From an uncultured Planctomycetales bacterium (GTDB taxonomy: Bacteria > Omnitrophota > Gorgyraeia > Gygaellales > Profunditerraquicolaceae), in the NCBI GenBank assembly GCA_964545575.1, contig CAZJFL010000007.1:31848-95847 (forward strand): DNA of 64,000 nucleotides, read 5' to 3'. The position numbers were made by a program, and so were the translations under genes. The notes under the pieces were generated by a model. The model was given only the letters and a program-made list of their open reading frames with translations. It was not told where the DNA came from and did not search any database. Of the stretch, positions 1-8,968 are shown piece by piece. Position 1 is the stretch's first letter, and each line of letters begins with the position of its first letter.

Positions 1-336
1 CTGGGTAGTCTTTTCAAAAGGATAAAGGTTTACCACCACCATATCTATCAGGCCGATGTCATGCTCTTTTAAGGTATGCATATGCTCGGGGTTATTTCTT
101 AATGCCAGAAGCCCGCCGTGTATTTTAGGGTGCAGGGTCTTTACCCTGCCGTCGAGCATCTCCGGGAAGCCGGTGTATCCAGAGACCTCCTTAACCGGTA
201 TATTATTTTCTCTGAATAACTTTGCCGTGCCTCCGGTGGAAAGGATCTCCACGCCGAATTTATTTAATTCCCTGGCTAAATCCAGGATCCCGGTTTTATC
301 CGAAACGCTGATCAAGGCGCGCTTAATCTTAACCAT
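1..336 (-). CDS. purH: Bifunctional AICAR transformylase/IMP cyclohydrolase PurH, N-terminal part (gene runs off the left window edge)
   Basis: Manual minus-strand translation from the ATG at 334-336: [41 protein letters not shown]...[28 protein letters not shown], which matches the PurH MGS-like domain. A GGAGG Shine-Dalgarno (SD) sequence lies about 9 nt upstream (plus 345-350). The ORF track misses it because there is no stop inside the window. Confidence 0.7.
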   Translation of the reverse strand, partial: MVKIKRALISVSDKTGILDLARELNKFGVEILSTGGTAKLFRENNIPVKEVSGYTGFPEMLDGRVKTLHPKIHGGLLALRNNPEHMHTLKEHDIGLIDMVVVNLYPFEKTTQ

Positions 337-355
337 CCCCTGTTCCTCCTTAATA

Positions 356-1057
356 TTATTTATTGAATCTAAAGTTCACCAAATCTGCGTCCTGCATGAG
401 GTAATCTTTTTGTTCTAAACGCAGTTTACCCGCCTGCTTAGCCGGCGTTTCTCCGCCTGCCTGGATAAAATCATTGAAGCCGATGATTTCGGCGCGGATA
501 AAACCGTGCTGAATATCGGAATGGACCGCGCCCGCTGCCTCCCAGGCAATAGTTCCTTTTTTAATCAGCCAGGCGCGCGTTTCTTTTTCTCCGGTGGTAA
601 AGAAACTGAGGAATCCTGATGCGCTTAGAACCTTAGCTAATAAACCATCCAAATCTTCTAATTCCTGTTTTTCTGCCGCAATTACCGGTTTATTCGTTAA
701 TAAGCCGTACCCAGAGATCAGCTGCTTTTCGCTATCGGTTAAGCCGGCATTAAAAATAAACTCTTCTTTCTCTAAAATTCCTTTTAATTTATTTAATAGC
801 GATTTTTCCGCTTCCTCTTCGCTGCGCCCTAAGCGCGTTTCTATAAACTCCAGGTCTTTTAAAATCAGGTCGGCGCGGGCATCTTTTAAGGTAAGGATTG
901 CGTCGCAATCCAGGAGAGCATCTTCGCCAACCAACTCTACCTGCAGATAGGTCTTCTTCTTGGCTTTAGTGATTTTATCGACCTCATCCAGCCGGGGGTC
1001 TTTGATGTTATGTTTACCGGGGGAGATTTCCGGGATAGACAATATGCCTATTTTCAT
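356..1057 (-). CDS. YchF/Obg-family-like protein with TGS domain but degenerate/absent P-loop (pseudo-GTPase)
   Basis: C-terminal [41 protein letters not shown]...[16 protein letters not shown] matches the YchF TGS domain. The N-terminus ([24 protein letters not shown]) retains only a vestigial G1 (PGK instead of GxxxxGKS). The DxxG and NKxD motifs are missing. The start ATG directly abuts the TAA of the upstream EF-G paralog (TAAATG). Confidence 0.6.
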   Translation of the reverse strand: MKIGILSIPEISPGKHNIKDPRLDEVDKITKAKKKTYLQVELVGEDALLDCDAILTLKDARADLILKDLEFIETRLGRSEEEAEKSLLNKLKGILEKEEFIFNAGLTDSEKQLISGYGLLTNKPVIAAEKQELEDLDGLLAKVLSASGFLSFFTTGEKETRAWLIKKGTIAWEAAGAVHSDIQHGFIRAEIIGFNDFIQAGGETPAKQAGKLRLEQKDYLMQDADLVNFRFNK

Positions 1058-3016
1058 TTACGCTTCCTCTTCCTGTTTCTTGGTGGCCTGGTATTGCGTG
1101 ATGATGCCGGAGGCGATCTTATGCGGGACCTGTTCGTAATGCGAGAAACGCATGGTATACATACCTCTTCCGCCGGTAAGCGAACGCAGGTCATTGGCAT
1201 AGGTAAACATCTCCGCCAGCGGCACATTCGCCTTGACTACCTGAGACCTTCCTTTAATATCCATGCCCATGATGCGGCCGCGCCGGGAGTTTATATCACC
1301 GGAGATAGCGCCGAGGAAATCTTCCGGTATCAGAATGTCTACCGACATGATCGGTTCTAAGAGAACCGGGCCGGCTGCCTGAACCGCTTTTCTTAAAGCC
1401 ATGGCCCCGGCAATCTGAAAAGCCATATCCGAGGAGTCCACTTCATGATAAGAGCCGTCAACAAGCCTAACCTGTAAATCTACTATCGGATATCCGGCTA
1501 CTGCTCCTTCGCTGGCGGCCTGCCGGATACCTTTTTCTGCAGAGGGGATAAAATTTCTCGGTATTGCCCCGCCGAAAATCTTATCCACGAACTCAACGCC
1601 TTTTCCGCTTTCTAAGGGCTCTACCTCAATCCAGACGTCTCCGTATTGCCCGCGGCCGCCTGACTGGCGCTTAAACTTACCCTGGACTTTGGTGCCCTTG
1701 GTAATCGTCTCCTTGTAGGAAACTTTCGGGGTGCCTAATTCTACTTCCACGTTGAACCTTTTTTTCATCCGCTCTATCATCACCGAAAGATGCAAGTCTC
1801 CTAAACCGGAAACAATCAGCTCTTTGGTCTGGGGGTCATGGGTCACGGTAAAAGTAGGGTCCTCCGTCGCAAGTTTGCTCAAGGCTCCGGAGATCTTATC
1901 TTCGTCCTGGCGGGATTTGGGCTTTACCGAAGCGGATATTGCCGGCTCCGGGAAAACGAGCGGCTCAAATAAAACCTGATTTTTTTCGTCGGTAAGCGAA
2001 TCCGAAGTTGCTGTTTCTTTCAATTTAGCTATGGCGGCTATATCTCCGCAGGAAACCTCATCCACCGGCCTTTGCTCTTTACCCTGTAAAATATAGATTT
2101 GGCCGATTCTCTCCCTGTTTCTTTTGTTGGCGTTATAAAAACCGGTATTGGAAGCCAGGGAGCCGGAGAAGATGCGCAAAAGCGAAAGTTGGCCGACATA
2201 AGGGTCGGATATCGACTTAAAGACAAAGGCAGCAAAAGAGCCGTCTGCTCCAAGGATGAGCTCCTTTTTATTTTGCGGATCCACCGGCAGAGATACTTCT
2301 ACTTTTTCCCGCTCCGCAGGATTAGGCAGGCACTGGATAACCGCATCCAATAATTCAGCTATTCCTTTTTCATTTAAGCCTGAACCGGACAACACCGGAA
2401 ATACCTTACGCTTAATTACTGCCTGATGCAAACCAATTTTTAATTCTTCGGGGGATAGCTGGGTGCCTTCCAGATACTTCTCTATTAATTTGTCGTCACT
2501 CTCTGCGATAGACTCGACTAATTCCGGATTATCCAGGGAGTTTACGGGCAGGGCTTTTTTGGAAAGCCGGGATTGGATATCGGCTAAAACCTTCTCGGGG
2601 TCCGCTCCTTCTTTATCAAGCTTATTGATGAATATTAAGCAGGGTAGGTTGTTTTCTTCTAATACCTGCCAGGCGCGCTCGGTGCCTACTTCTACTCCGG
2701 AGATAGCGTCTACCACAATAACCGCCGCGTCTATCGCGCGGATCCCCGATATTACTTCACCGAAAAAATCCGCATATCCGGGGGCATCGATAATTTGAAT
2801 CCTGATATCCTTATAATCACAGAATAATAAACTTGAGCTGATGGAGCTTTTTCTTTCTATTTCATCAAAGCTATAATCGCTGACAGTAGTGCCGTCGGCA
2901 ACCGTTCCTTTGCGGTTTGTGGCCTTAGAGAAATAGAGCATGGCCTCGGCAAGGGTGGTTTTACCGGATTGGGCGTGCCCCAGAAGGATGAAATTGCGTT
3001 TATTCCTGGGATCCAT
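1058..3016 (-). CDS. Elongation factor G family GTPase (EF-G paralog, 652 aa)
   Basis: G1 GHAQSGKTTL, G3 IIDAPGYADF and G4 NKLD are present, with EF-G domain order through domains III-V. It is shorter than canonical FusA. Confidence 0.75.
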   Translation of the reverse strand: MDPRNKRNFILLGHAQSGKTTLAEAMLYFSKATNRKGTVADGTTVSDYSFDEIERKSSISSSLLFCDYKDIRIQIIDAPGYADFFGEVISGIRAIDAAVIVVDAISGVEVGTERAWQVLEENNLPCLIFINKLDKEGADPEKVLADIQSRLSKKALPVNSLDNPELVESIAESDDKLIEKYLEGTQLSPEELKIGLHQAVIKRKVFPVLSGSGLNEKGIAELLDAVIQCLPNPAEREKVEVSLPVDPQNKKELILGADGSFAAFVFKSISDPYVGQLSLLRIFSGSLASNTGFYNANKRNRERIGQIYILQGKEQRPVDEVSCGDIAAIAKLKETATSDSLTDEKNQVLFEPLVFPEPAISASVKPKSRQDEDKISGALSKLATEDPTFTVTHDPQTKELIVSGLGDLHLSVMIERMKKRFNVEVELGTPKVSYKETITKGTKVQGKFKRQSGGRGQYGDVWIEVEPLESGKGVEFVDKIFGGAIPRNFIPSAEKGIRQAASEGAVAGYPIVDLQVRLVDGSYHEVDSSDMAFQIAGAMALRKAVQAAGPVLLEPIMSVDILIPEDFLGAISGDINSRRGRIMGMDIKGRSQVVKANVPLAEMFTYANDLRSLTGGRGMYTMRFSHYEQVPHKIASGIITQYQATKKQEEEA

Positions 3017-3063
3017 AATATTTTACTCCTTATATAAATAGTAAGCTAACGGAAGGAAGTGCC

Positions 3064-3092
3064 ATTATATAATAGTAAAAAGGAAGGGTCAA
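3064..3092 (-). promoter_or_regulatory. Sigma70-like promoter for the EF-G paralog (-35 TTGACC, 17-nt spacer, -10 TATAAT)
   Basis: On the minus strand: TTGACC cttcctttttactatta TATAAT. The -35 is the reverse complement of plus 3087-3092 and the -10 of plus 3064-3069. A GGAG SD sits at 3021-3024. Confidence 0.4.
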
Positions 3093-3133
3093 GAATAAAA
3101 ATACTTAATCCGCTCTCGGCTGAGGAAAAAGAG

Positions 3134-4315
3134 TTATTCCAGGTAAGTGTAGATTTTCCCGCGGTAATTGCGTAAGACGTATTTTCCTTTGGCCTGCGAA
3201 AGGATGTAGTTAGGCCCCACGGGTATTTTACCGCCGCCGCCCGGGCCGTCGATAACATACGTCGGCACCGCATATCCTGAAGTGTGGCCTCTTAGTTTCT
3301 CCATGATATTGATCCCGACGGCAACCGGGGTGCGGAAATGCTGTGTGCCCCTCACCGGGTCGCACTGATAGATGTAATAAGGCCTGACCCGGATCTGCAG
3401 TAATTCATGCACGAGTTTTTTCATGATGTAAGGCCTGTCGTTTATGCCTTTTAAAAGCACGCTCTGGCTGCCTAAAGGAATCCCGCTATCCGCCAGCATA
3501 TCGCAGGCGGTTTTACAGCGCCTGGTAATTTCTTTGGGATGATTGAAGTGGATGCTCACCCAGATAGGGGCATATTTTTTTAGCATGGCCACCAGATTCT
3601 CGGTGATGCGCTGGGGCAGGGTTACCGGCACACGCGTGCCGATCCTTAAAAACTCCACGTGCGAGATAGAACGGATCTTCTGAATCAAGCTTTCAATTTC
3701 TTCGTCCTCTAAGATAAAGGGGTCTCCTCCGGAAATCAGCACATCCCTGATTTTACGGTTTGATTTTATGTATTCGACGGCGGCATCAAATCTCGACGCG
3801 GAATTATCTTCTTTATGGTCTCCGACTAACCTGCGCCGGGTGCAATGCCGGCAGTACATCGCGCACTGCTCGGTGGCTAATAACAGGACTCTGTCCGGAT
3901 AGCGATGCACCAGATGCGGTGCCGGAGAATCCCTGTCTTCCGCGCAAGGATCGACCATTTCGTGCGGGGCAACCACAAACTCCGAAGCCACGGGAACTGC
4001 CTGGCGCCTTAAGGGGCAAGTAGGGTCTTCCGGGTCGAGCAGGTTCGCCCAATAAGGAGTAATCGCCAGAGATAGCCGGCCGCTAGCCTTCTTTATCCCC
4101 TCTTCTTCTTCGGGGGTCAATTTTATGATCTCCGCCAGTTCTTCGCGGGCACGTATCCGGTGTTTTATCTGCCAATGCCAATCCTCCCAATCCAGGGGAT
4201 TGACATCCTTATAAAGGCTAATTTGCTGATAATCAAGCGACCTCCTGCCGGGGCGAGGCGGCGCTTGGGGCTCCTGTAATAATTTTTGGTTCTCCGTTAC
4301 CGCGGTATGATTCAA
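3134..4315 (-). CDS. kamA: L-lysine 2,3-aminomutase (radical SAM, KamA/AblA family)
   Basis: Near-collinear match to Clostridium KamA, including the CAMYCRHCTRRR radical-SAM/PLP motif, YPDRVLLL and HFNHPKEIT. Confidence 0.85.
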   Translation of the reverse strand: MNHTAVTENQKLLQEPQAPPRPGRRSLDYQQISLYKDVNPLDWEDWHWQIKHRIRAREELAEIIKLTPEEEEGIKKASGRLSLAITPYWANLLDPEDPTCPLRRQAVPVASEFVVAPHEMVDPCAEDRDSPAPHLVHRYPDRVLLLATEQCAMYCRHCTRRRLVGDHKEDNSASRFDAAVEYIKSNRKIRDVLISGGDPFILEDEEIESLIQKIRSISHVEFLRIGTRVPVTLPQRITENLVAMLKKYAPIWVSIHFNHPKEITRRCKTACDMLADSGIPLGSQSVLLKGINDRPYIMKKLVHELLQIRVRPYYIYQCDPVRGTQHFRTPVAVGINIMEKLRGHTSGYAVPTYVIDGPGGGGKIPVGPNYILSQAKGKYVLRNYRGKIYTYLE

Positions 4316-5313
4316 TTTAGCCTTGTCCTTTCCGAGGCGCTGGTCAATATCGCCTCAATCAGCTCTTCGTATTTCATGCCCGCAGCATAAGCCATCATCG
4401 GAAAATTAGATTCCTTAGGGTCTAGCCCGGGCAGAGGATTTATCTCCAAGACGTAAGGCGTGTTATCTTTGCTTAAACGGATATCGGTGCGGGAAATATC
4501 AAAGCAACCTACTGCGCGGTGCGTCCGCAAAGCGGCTTCCTTGACGCGCTCTTCGGTTTCTCTATCCAGGCGCGCAGGGCAATGGAACGTCGGCACCAAC
4601 CCTAAATCCGCATTGCCCTGGTATTCCTTCATCCTCCAGGAATAAAAATATTCACCGCTTTTTGCGCAAGCCGAAAAATCTATCTCCAAAATAGGCAAGA
4701 TCATCGTCTTTCCGTTCTCCAGGACCCCCACGGTCAGCTCTTTCCCGTCGATAAACTCTTCCACGATTACTTCGTGTTTATAGGCATTAATGATTTCTCT
4801 GATTTTAGCAAAAAGCATCTCTTTAGTATGCACTACGTTTGAGGCGTTGATGCCCTTGGCCGAGCCTTCACGGTTAGGTTTGACAATGAGCGGGAATCTT
4901 AAATCCGGGATCAGCTCTTCACTGCCCTTGGCAAATACCTGGAAGCGCGGGGTAGGTATATTTTCTGCTTTTAGGATTTTTTTGGTGAGCGCTTTGTTTA
5001 AGGCCATGGCCAGCGATAAAGTATTGGAGCCGGTGTAAGGTATGTTTAAATAATCCAGTATCGCCGGAATCTCCGACTCTCGGAACTTTCCGGACGAGCC
5101 CTCGGCGATATTAAAGACCATGTCCACGGGGTTCTTCCTAAAATATGAAAAGAGGTTTTCCCTGCCGGCATTGACCGCATCCACGCTATGGCCGTTTTTC
5201 TGGATTGCCGAGACGATTGCCGAGACGGTCTCTTCGGAATCAAACTCGGAAAAATAATCCGCCGGCTTGCTGGAATCTTTTTCTTTTAAATTATAAGTTA
5301 AGGCGATCTTCAT
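4312..5313 (-). CDS. D-alanine--D-alanine ligase family ATP-grasp enzyme (paralog 1)
   Basis: 333 aa with a Ddl-like ATP-grasp layout (FPLIVKPNREGSAKGI, VEEFIDGKELTVGVL, EINPLPGL). Overlaps kamA by 4 nt. Confidence 0.7.
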   Translation of the reverse strand: MKIALTYNLKEKDSSKPADYFSEFDSEETVSAIVSAIQKNGHSVDAVNAGRENLFSYFRKNPVDMVFNIAEGSSGKFRESEIPAILDYLNIPYTGSNTLSLAMALNKALTKKILKAENIPTPRFQVFAKGSEELIPDLRFPLIVKPNREGSAKGINASNVVHTKEMLFAKIREIINAYKHEVIVEEFIDGKELTVGVLENGKTMILPILEIDFSACAKSGEYFYSWRMKEYQGNADLGLVPTFHCPARLDRETEERVKEAALRTHRAVGCFDISRTDIRLSKDNTPYVLEINPLPGLDPKESNFPMMAYAAGMKYEELIEAILTSASERTRLN

Positions 5314-6303
5314 CTAATTCAAATCGTACCTTTTAAGCGCGCTGTCTAAAATCTTTCCGATCATCTGCTCGTAAGAAATACCGGTCTCTTTGGCCACCAA
5401 TAAAAATACGTCCTCCGTCGAGAGAGACGGCAAAGGATTTATCTCTAAGACATAAACGCGGCCTTTGTTATCCACCCGGAAATCCACCCTGCCGAAATCG
5501 CGGCACTCTACCGCGTTATATGCCTTAAGCGCTAAATCGCAAAGTTTCCTCTTTAGATCGACGCTAATGTGCGCGGGGCAGATATATTCTAACCTATCCG
5601 AGGTGATCCGCGCGAAAGTATAGAACTTATCGTTGAGCTTGAAACGGCCGTCTATCTTTATCTGCACCACCGGCATCGCTTCCGGGGGGTCGTTACCGAC
5701 TACGGCGACGGTAAATTCCTGGCCGGAAATAAACTCTTCCACCAGCGCCGGCTGTTTGTAGGTATTGATTACGAATTCAGCCTGCCTTTTTAATCCTTCC
5801 ATGTTTTCCACCCGGGAATCTTCGCTTAAACCTTTGGAGGAGCCTTCGAAACGCGGCTTGACGATCAGGGGAAATTTCAGATGGTCCATATCCACTAAGG
5901 AATCCGTATTTTTTACTTCAAAAAATTTCGGGGTGGGTATCCCTTCGCTGATAAAGATTCTTTTGGCCATAATCTTATCCAGCGTCATGCCTAAGGTAAG
6001 GGCATCTGCGCCCACAAAAGGAATCCCCCTCATCTCTAATAATACCGGGACTTGCGATTCCCGGTTTCTGCCGGATACGCCTTCGGAGATGTTAAAAACA
6101 ATATCTACGCCCAGATTATCTATTTTTTCCAGGAGATTGGAGACGTTGCCGATTTTTTTTACCGGGAAACCACAGGCTTTAATGGCGTCGGCAATGACGT
6201 CAATGGTAGAGGGATGGTCGAATTCCGCGTTGGCATCCGGGGGATCGCCCTCTTTAAACTCGTAATCTGTCTTTAAATCGTATGTTAACCCTACGGTTTT
6301 CAT
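5314..6303 (-). CDS. D-alanine--D-alanine ligase family ATP-grasp enzyme (paralog 2)
   Basis: 329 aa, paralogous to the neighbouring gene (FPLIVKPRFEGSSKGL, VEEFISGQEFTVAVV, EINPLPSL). Directly abuts paralog 1. Confidence 0.7.
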   Translation of the reverse strand: MKTVGLTYDLKTDYEFKEGDPPDANAEFDHPSTIDVIADAIKACGFPVKKIGNVSNLLEKIDNLGVDIVFNISEGVSGRNRESQVPVLLEMRGIPFVGADALTLGMTLDKIMAKRIFISEGIPTPKFFEVKNTDSLVDMDHLKFPLIVKPRFEGSSKGLSEDSRVENMEGLKRQAEFVINTYKQPALVEEFISGQEFTVAVVGNDPPEAMPVVQIKIDGRFKLNDKFYTFARITSDRLEYICPAHISVDLKRKLCDLALKAYNAVECRDFGRVDFRVDNKGRVYVLEINPLPSLSTEDVFLLVAKETGISYEQMIGKILDSALKRYDLN

Positions 6304-6322
6304 AAAGTTATGGCCTCATTTA

Positions 6323-6358
6323 AAAAATAAGGGCCCTCTTACTTCTTGAGCCCTTTAA
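6323..6358 (-). terminator. Hairpin plus U-tract between the UPF0280 gene and the ATP-grasp/kamA genes (possible terminator or attenuator)
   Basis: Minus-strand RNA: AAGGGC-UCAAGAAGUAAGAGG-GCCCUU followed by AUUUUUU, lying 20 nt upstream of the ATP-grasp start codon. Confidence 0.3.
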
Positions 6359-6504
6359 TTTACCCCTTTATTTTTCCAACTTAATTTATTTAACCTCCCT
6401 AAAATTCTCTCAACTCATTCATACATATTGTATTAACAACTATTTTTAACATAATATCTTGTCGTTGTCAAGTAATTTTTGAATTTCAGGGGGCTAAGCG
6501 GAGG

Positions 6505-7266
6505 TTATTTTATCGACGGAGGAATTGAAAAATGGCTGAGAGAGACCTTGCCCCAGCCGATAAGATTATTTTTAATGATGACCACGACACCGATAACGCC
6601 CTTTATGGACCTGGCAAAATCCAGCGCCTTCTCTAAATCCGCCTTGGACTGGACCCGGTTACAGATAGCAGTGGCTGCGGCATCGGCCAAAGAGGCGTTC
6701 TTGGCCAGAATCACCACGCTATCCGCACAACCAAAACTTAAAGAATGCCCTATTGTCCCCGAAGAAGTACAAATACCCAGGGGAGTATCTTGCGGGCGTA
6801 TCTTAAGCACCAATCCTTTCCATAGCTTGGACTTTCCTGCGTATATGGCGATGTTGCGTGTTTTTTTTGTGACTAAAAATACATCTCCTCCGTTTTCAAT
6901 AATCACTTCTTTGTAACCTCCAGCTAATAAATCTTTGCCTAAAAAAGAGGCTATGGCTCCCGCCACGGTTGCCATCGGCCCGACGCCGGCTTTCTTGGCC
7001 TGCCTGCTCATTTCTTTTACGATTGCGGCTGCGTTTATCTCAACCTCCAAAGGCTTAAGGCTGGTCAGGAATTTTGCGTCTTTACTAATATAGTTTTCTA
7101 TCTGTCTGCGGTAAAGCCGCACTCTTTTTTTAGCGAAATCTTGGTCTAACGGCTTATCGGCGAGGATTACTAAATCCGTTTCTCTCTCGACAATATGCGC
7201 CGAATGCAGATCCTTGTGCCCAGCCCAATCGCGATAAAATCTTCTTCGATATTTATTGCTTTTCAT
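6505..7266 (-). CDS. UPF0280/ApbE-like family protein
   Basis: GVGPMATVAGAIASFLG...GICTSSGTIGHSLSFGCADSVVIL resembles the UPF0280 (COG2122) signature. Confidence 0.5.
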   Translation of the reverse strand: MKSNKYRRRFYRDWAGHKDLHSAHIVERETDLVILADKPLDQDFAKKRVRLYRRQIENYISKDAKFLTSLKPLEVEINAAAIVKEMSRQAKKAGVGPMATVAGAIASFLGKDLLAGGYKEVIIENGGDVFLVTKKTRNIAIYAGKSKLWKGLVLKIRPQDTPLGICTSSGTIGHSLSFGCADSVVILAKNASLADAAATAICNRVQSKADLEKALDFARSIKGVIGVVVIIKNNLIGWGKVSLSHFSIPPSIK

Positions 7267-7268
7267 CT

Positions 7269-8276
7269 TTAACAGATGCGCGGCAGCGGGTCGCCGATAA
7301 GCATATCAAGGATACGCCGTGTGCCTAAAACAGTATTCAGTATTACGCGGCCTTTAGGCTCTTTAATTACGGTACCGATCTCCCGGGCCCGGCGGCCTAA
7401 GGGATGCTTTCTTAAAAAATTTAAGACCTTTTTGCTCTCTTGCTGCTTTACCACCAAGACCGCCTTTCCTTCATTAGCCACATACAAGGGGTCTATGCCC
7501 AGCAGCTCGCCAGCAGCCCTGACCTGGCTGGAGATAGGTATATTTTTCTCGTCGATAATAATTCCTAATTTGGAAGCTTCGGCAATTTCATTTAAGGTGG
7601 TAGCTACGCCACCCCTGGTCGGATCGCGCATAAACTTTATGGCGGAGGTTTGTTGAAGCAGGCCGATCAGCATTTTATTTAAGGCCGCGCAGTCGCTTTT
7701 TATATTAAAGCCGAAATCCAGCTCTTTTCTTTTGGCTAAAACCGCCAGGCCATGCTGGCCGATATTTCCGGTAAGAATGATTTTATCCCCTGCTCTGATA
7801 TTGGCGATAGCAAGCTTCCTGTTTTTAAGAATCCTGCCGATGCCGGAAGTATTAATGAATAGTTTATCGCAGGCACCCTTCTCCACTACCTTCAGGTCTC
7901 CGGTAACAAAAAGTATGCCTGCGGCCCTGGCATTCATGGCGATAGAATCAACGACCTGCTCCAGTATCTTGTAATCCAGGCCCTCTTCGATGATCAGCGC
8001 TAAAGAAAGGTATTCCGGGACGGCGCCCAGCATTACTAAATCGTTTACCGTGCCGCAGACTGCCAGCTTCCCGATGTCTCCTCCGGGAAATCTTAAAGGG
8101 CTGACCACAAACGAATCTGTGGAAAAAGCGAGCTTCTCTTTATAGCCGATGTAAGCGCTGTCGCTAAGCTCCCTTAAGACCGGATTATTTAATTTCTCTA
8201 GCAGAAGCCCTTTGATTAAACCGTGCATCAGCCTGCCTCCGCTACCATGACTAAGTAATATCTGTTTATTAAACAT
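7269..8276 (-). CDS. hypE: Hydrogenase maturation carbamoyl dehydratase HypE (PurM-like)
   Basis: N-terminal HGSGG, PurM-like fold and the diagnostic C-terminal PRIC motif. Confidence 0.8.
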   Translation of the reverse strand: MFNKQILLSHGSGGRLMHGLIKGLLLEKLNNPVLRELSDSAYIGYKEKLAFSTDSFVVSPLRFPGGDIGKLAVCGTVNDLVMLGAVPEYLSLALIIEEGLDYKILEQVVDSIAMNARAAGILFVTGDLKVVEKGACDKLFINTSGIGRILKNRKLAIANIRAGDKIILTGNIGQHGLAVLAKRKELDFGFNIKSDCAALNKMLIGLLQQTSAIKFMRDPTRGGVATTLNEIAEASKLGIIIDEKNIPISSQVRAAGELLGIDPLYVANEGKAVLVVKQQESKKVLNFLRKHPLGRRAREIGTVIKEPKGRVILNTVLGTRRILDMLIGDPLPRIC

Positions 8277-8294
8277 ATTTTGTTTGGAACATTA

Positions 8295-8348
8295 GAATTT
8301 AAACTTTAGGATTTGTTTAGGATTTCGGATTTAGAATTTAGGATTTCT
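8295..8348. repeat. GGATTT/TTAGGATTT short-repeat tract (dispersed family, copy A)
   Basis: The plus strand reads tttaggatttgtttaggatttcggatttagaatttaggatttc. The same unit recurs near 11722-11770 and 14780-14940. Confidence 0.5.
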
Positions 8349-8968
8349 ATATCAATACCTGCATCAACAAGGTCCTTTTTGAGTTGTTCTATTCCTGTAA
8401 AAACAGCGCCCTTGATGCCTAATCCGGCGGCAATCTCTACGAGCTCCGGCCTGTCGTCGGTGTAAAAGACTTTTTCCGGCGCCTCTACCCCTAAAGCTTC
8501 CAGCGCCCGGCTATAAATTAGGGGGTGGGGTTTACGCATCCCCAACTCAAAAGAAGTAAGCACGCAATCAAAAGCGTCGAAAAGGGGAAAAATCTGCTTC
8601 AGGTAATTAAAGTGCAAAACGTTGATATTGGAAAGCAGCGCTGTTTTATACCTGCCTTTAAGCGTCTTAGCCAACTTATAGACGCCGCTGTTCTCCCTGG
8701 TTAAAAAGAAAATCTCATTCCAGATAGGCAGAAAATCTTTGTAATCCAGTTTTAAATTGAGCATCTCCCTTACCCTGGAGAAAAAATCCTGGGATGAAAT
8801 TTTGCCTTCTTCGAAGAGCCCGGTAATTCCGGAATCAAAAAAAAGACCGAATATTTCCTGCTCGGTTTTATCGGTAAACCCGGATATTCTCCTGGCGGCG
8901 ATATTATGATCAAAGCTGATCAGGACGTTGCCTAAATCAAAAATAACCGCTTCTATTTTATTTTCCAT
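8306..8968 (-). CDS. HAD-superfamily hydrolase
   Basis: Motif I VIFDLGNVL and the HAD core. The C-terminal KSEILNKS is encoded by an AAATCC/GGATTT repeat tract. Confidence 0.6.
   Translation of the reverse strand: MENKIEAVIFDLGNVLISFDHNIAARRISGFTDKTEQEIFGLFFDSGITGLFEEGKISSQDFFSRVREMLNLKLDYKDFLPIWNEIFFLTRENSGVYKLAKTLKGRYKTALLSNINVLHFNYLKQIFPLFDAFDCVLTSFELGMRKPHPLIYSRALEALGVEAPEKVFYTDDRPELVEIAAGLGIKGAVFTGIEQLKKDLVDAGIDIEILNSKSEILNKS

Noticed and set aside
56-418. 120-aa plus-strand ORF at the left edge
   Set aside because: It is antisense to the clearly homologous purH N-terminus, which was found by manual translation of the minus strand.
3046-3273. 75-aa minus-strand ORF
   Set aside because: It overlaps the EF-G-paralog promoter/SD region and the kamA 3' end out of frame, and shows no homology signal.
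7269-8276. HypE homolog as selenophosphate synthetase or ThiL
   Set aside because: The C-terminal PRIC motif and lack of the SelD Cys/Sec N-terminal motif fit HypE specifically.
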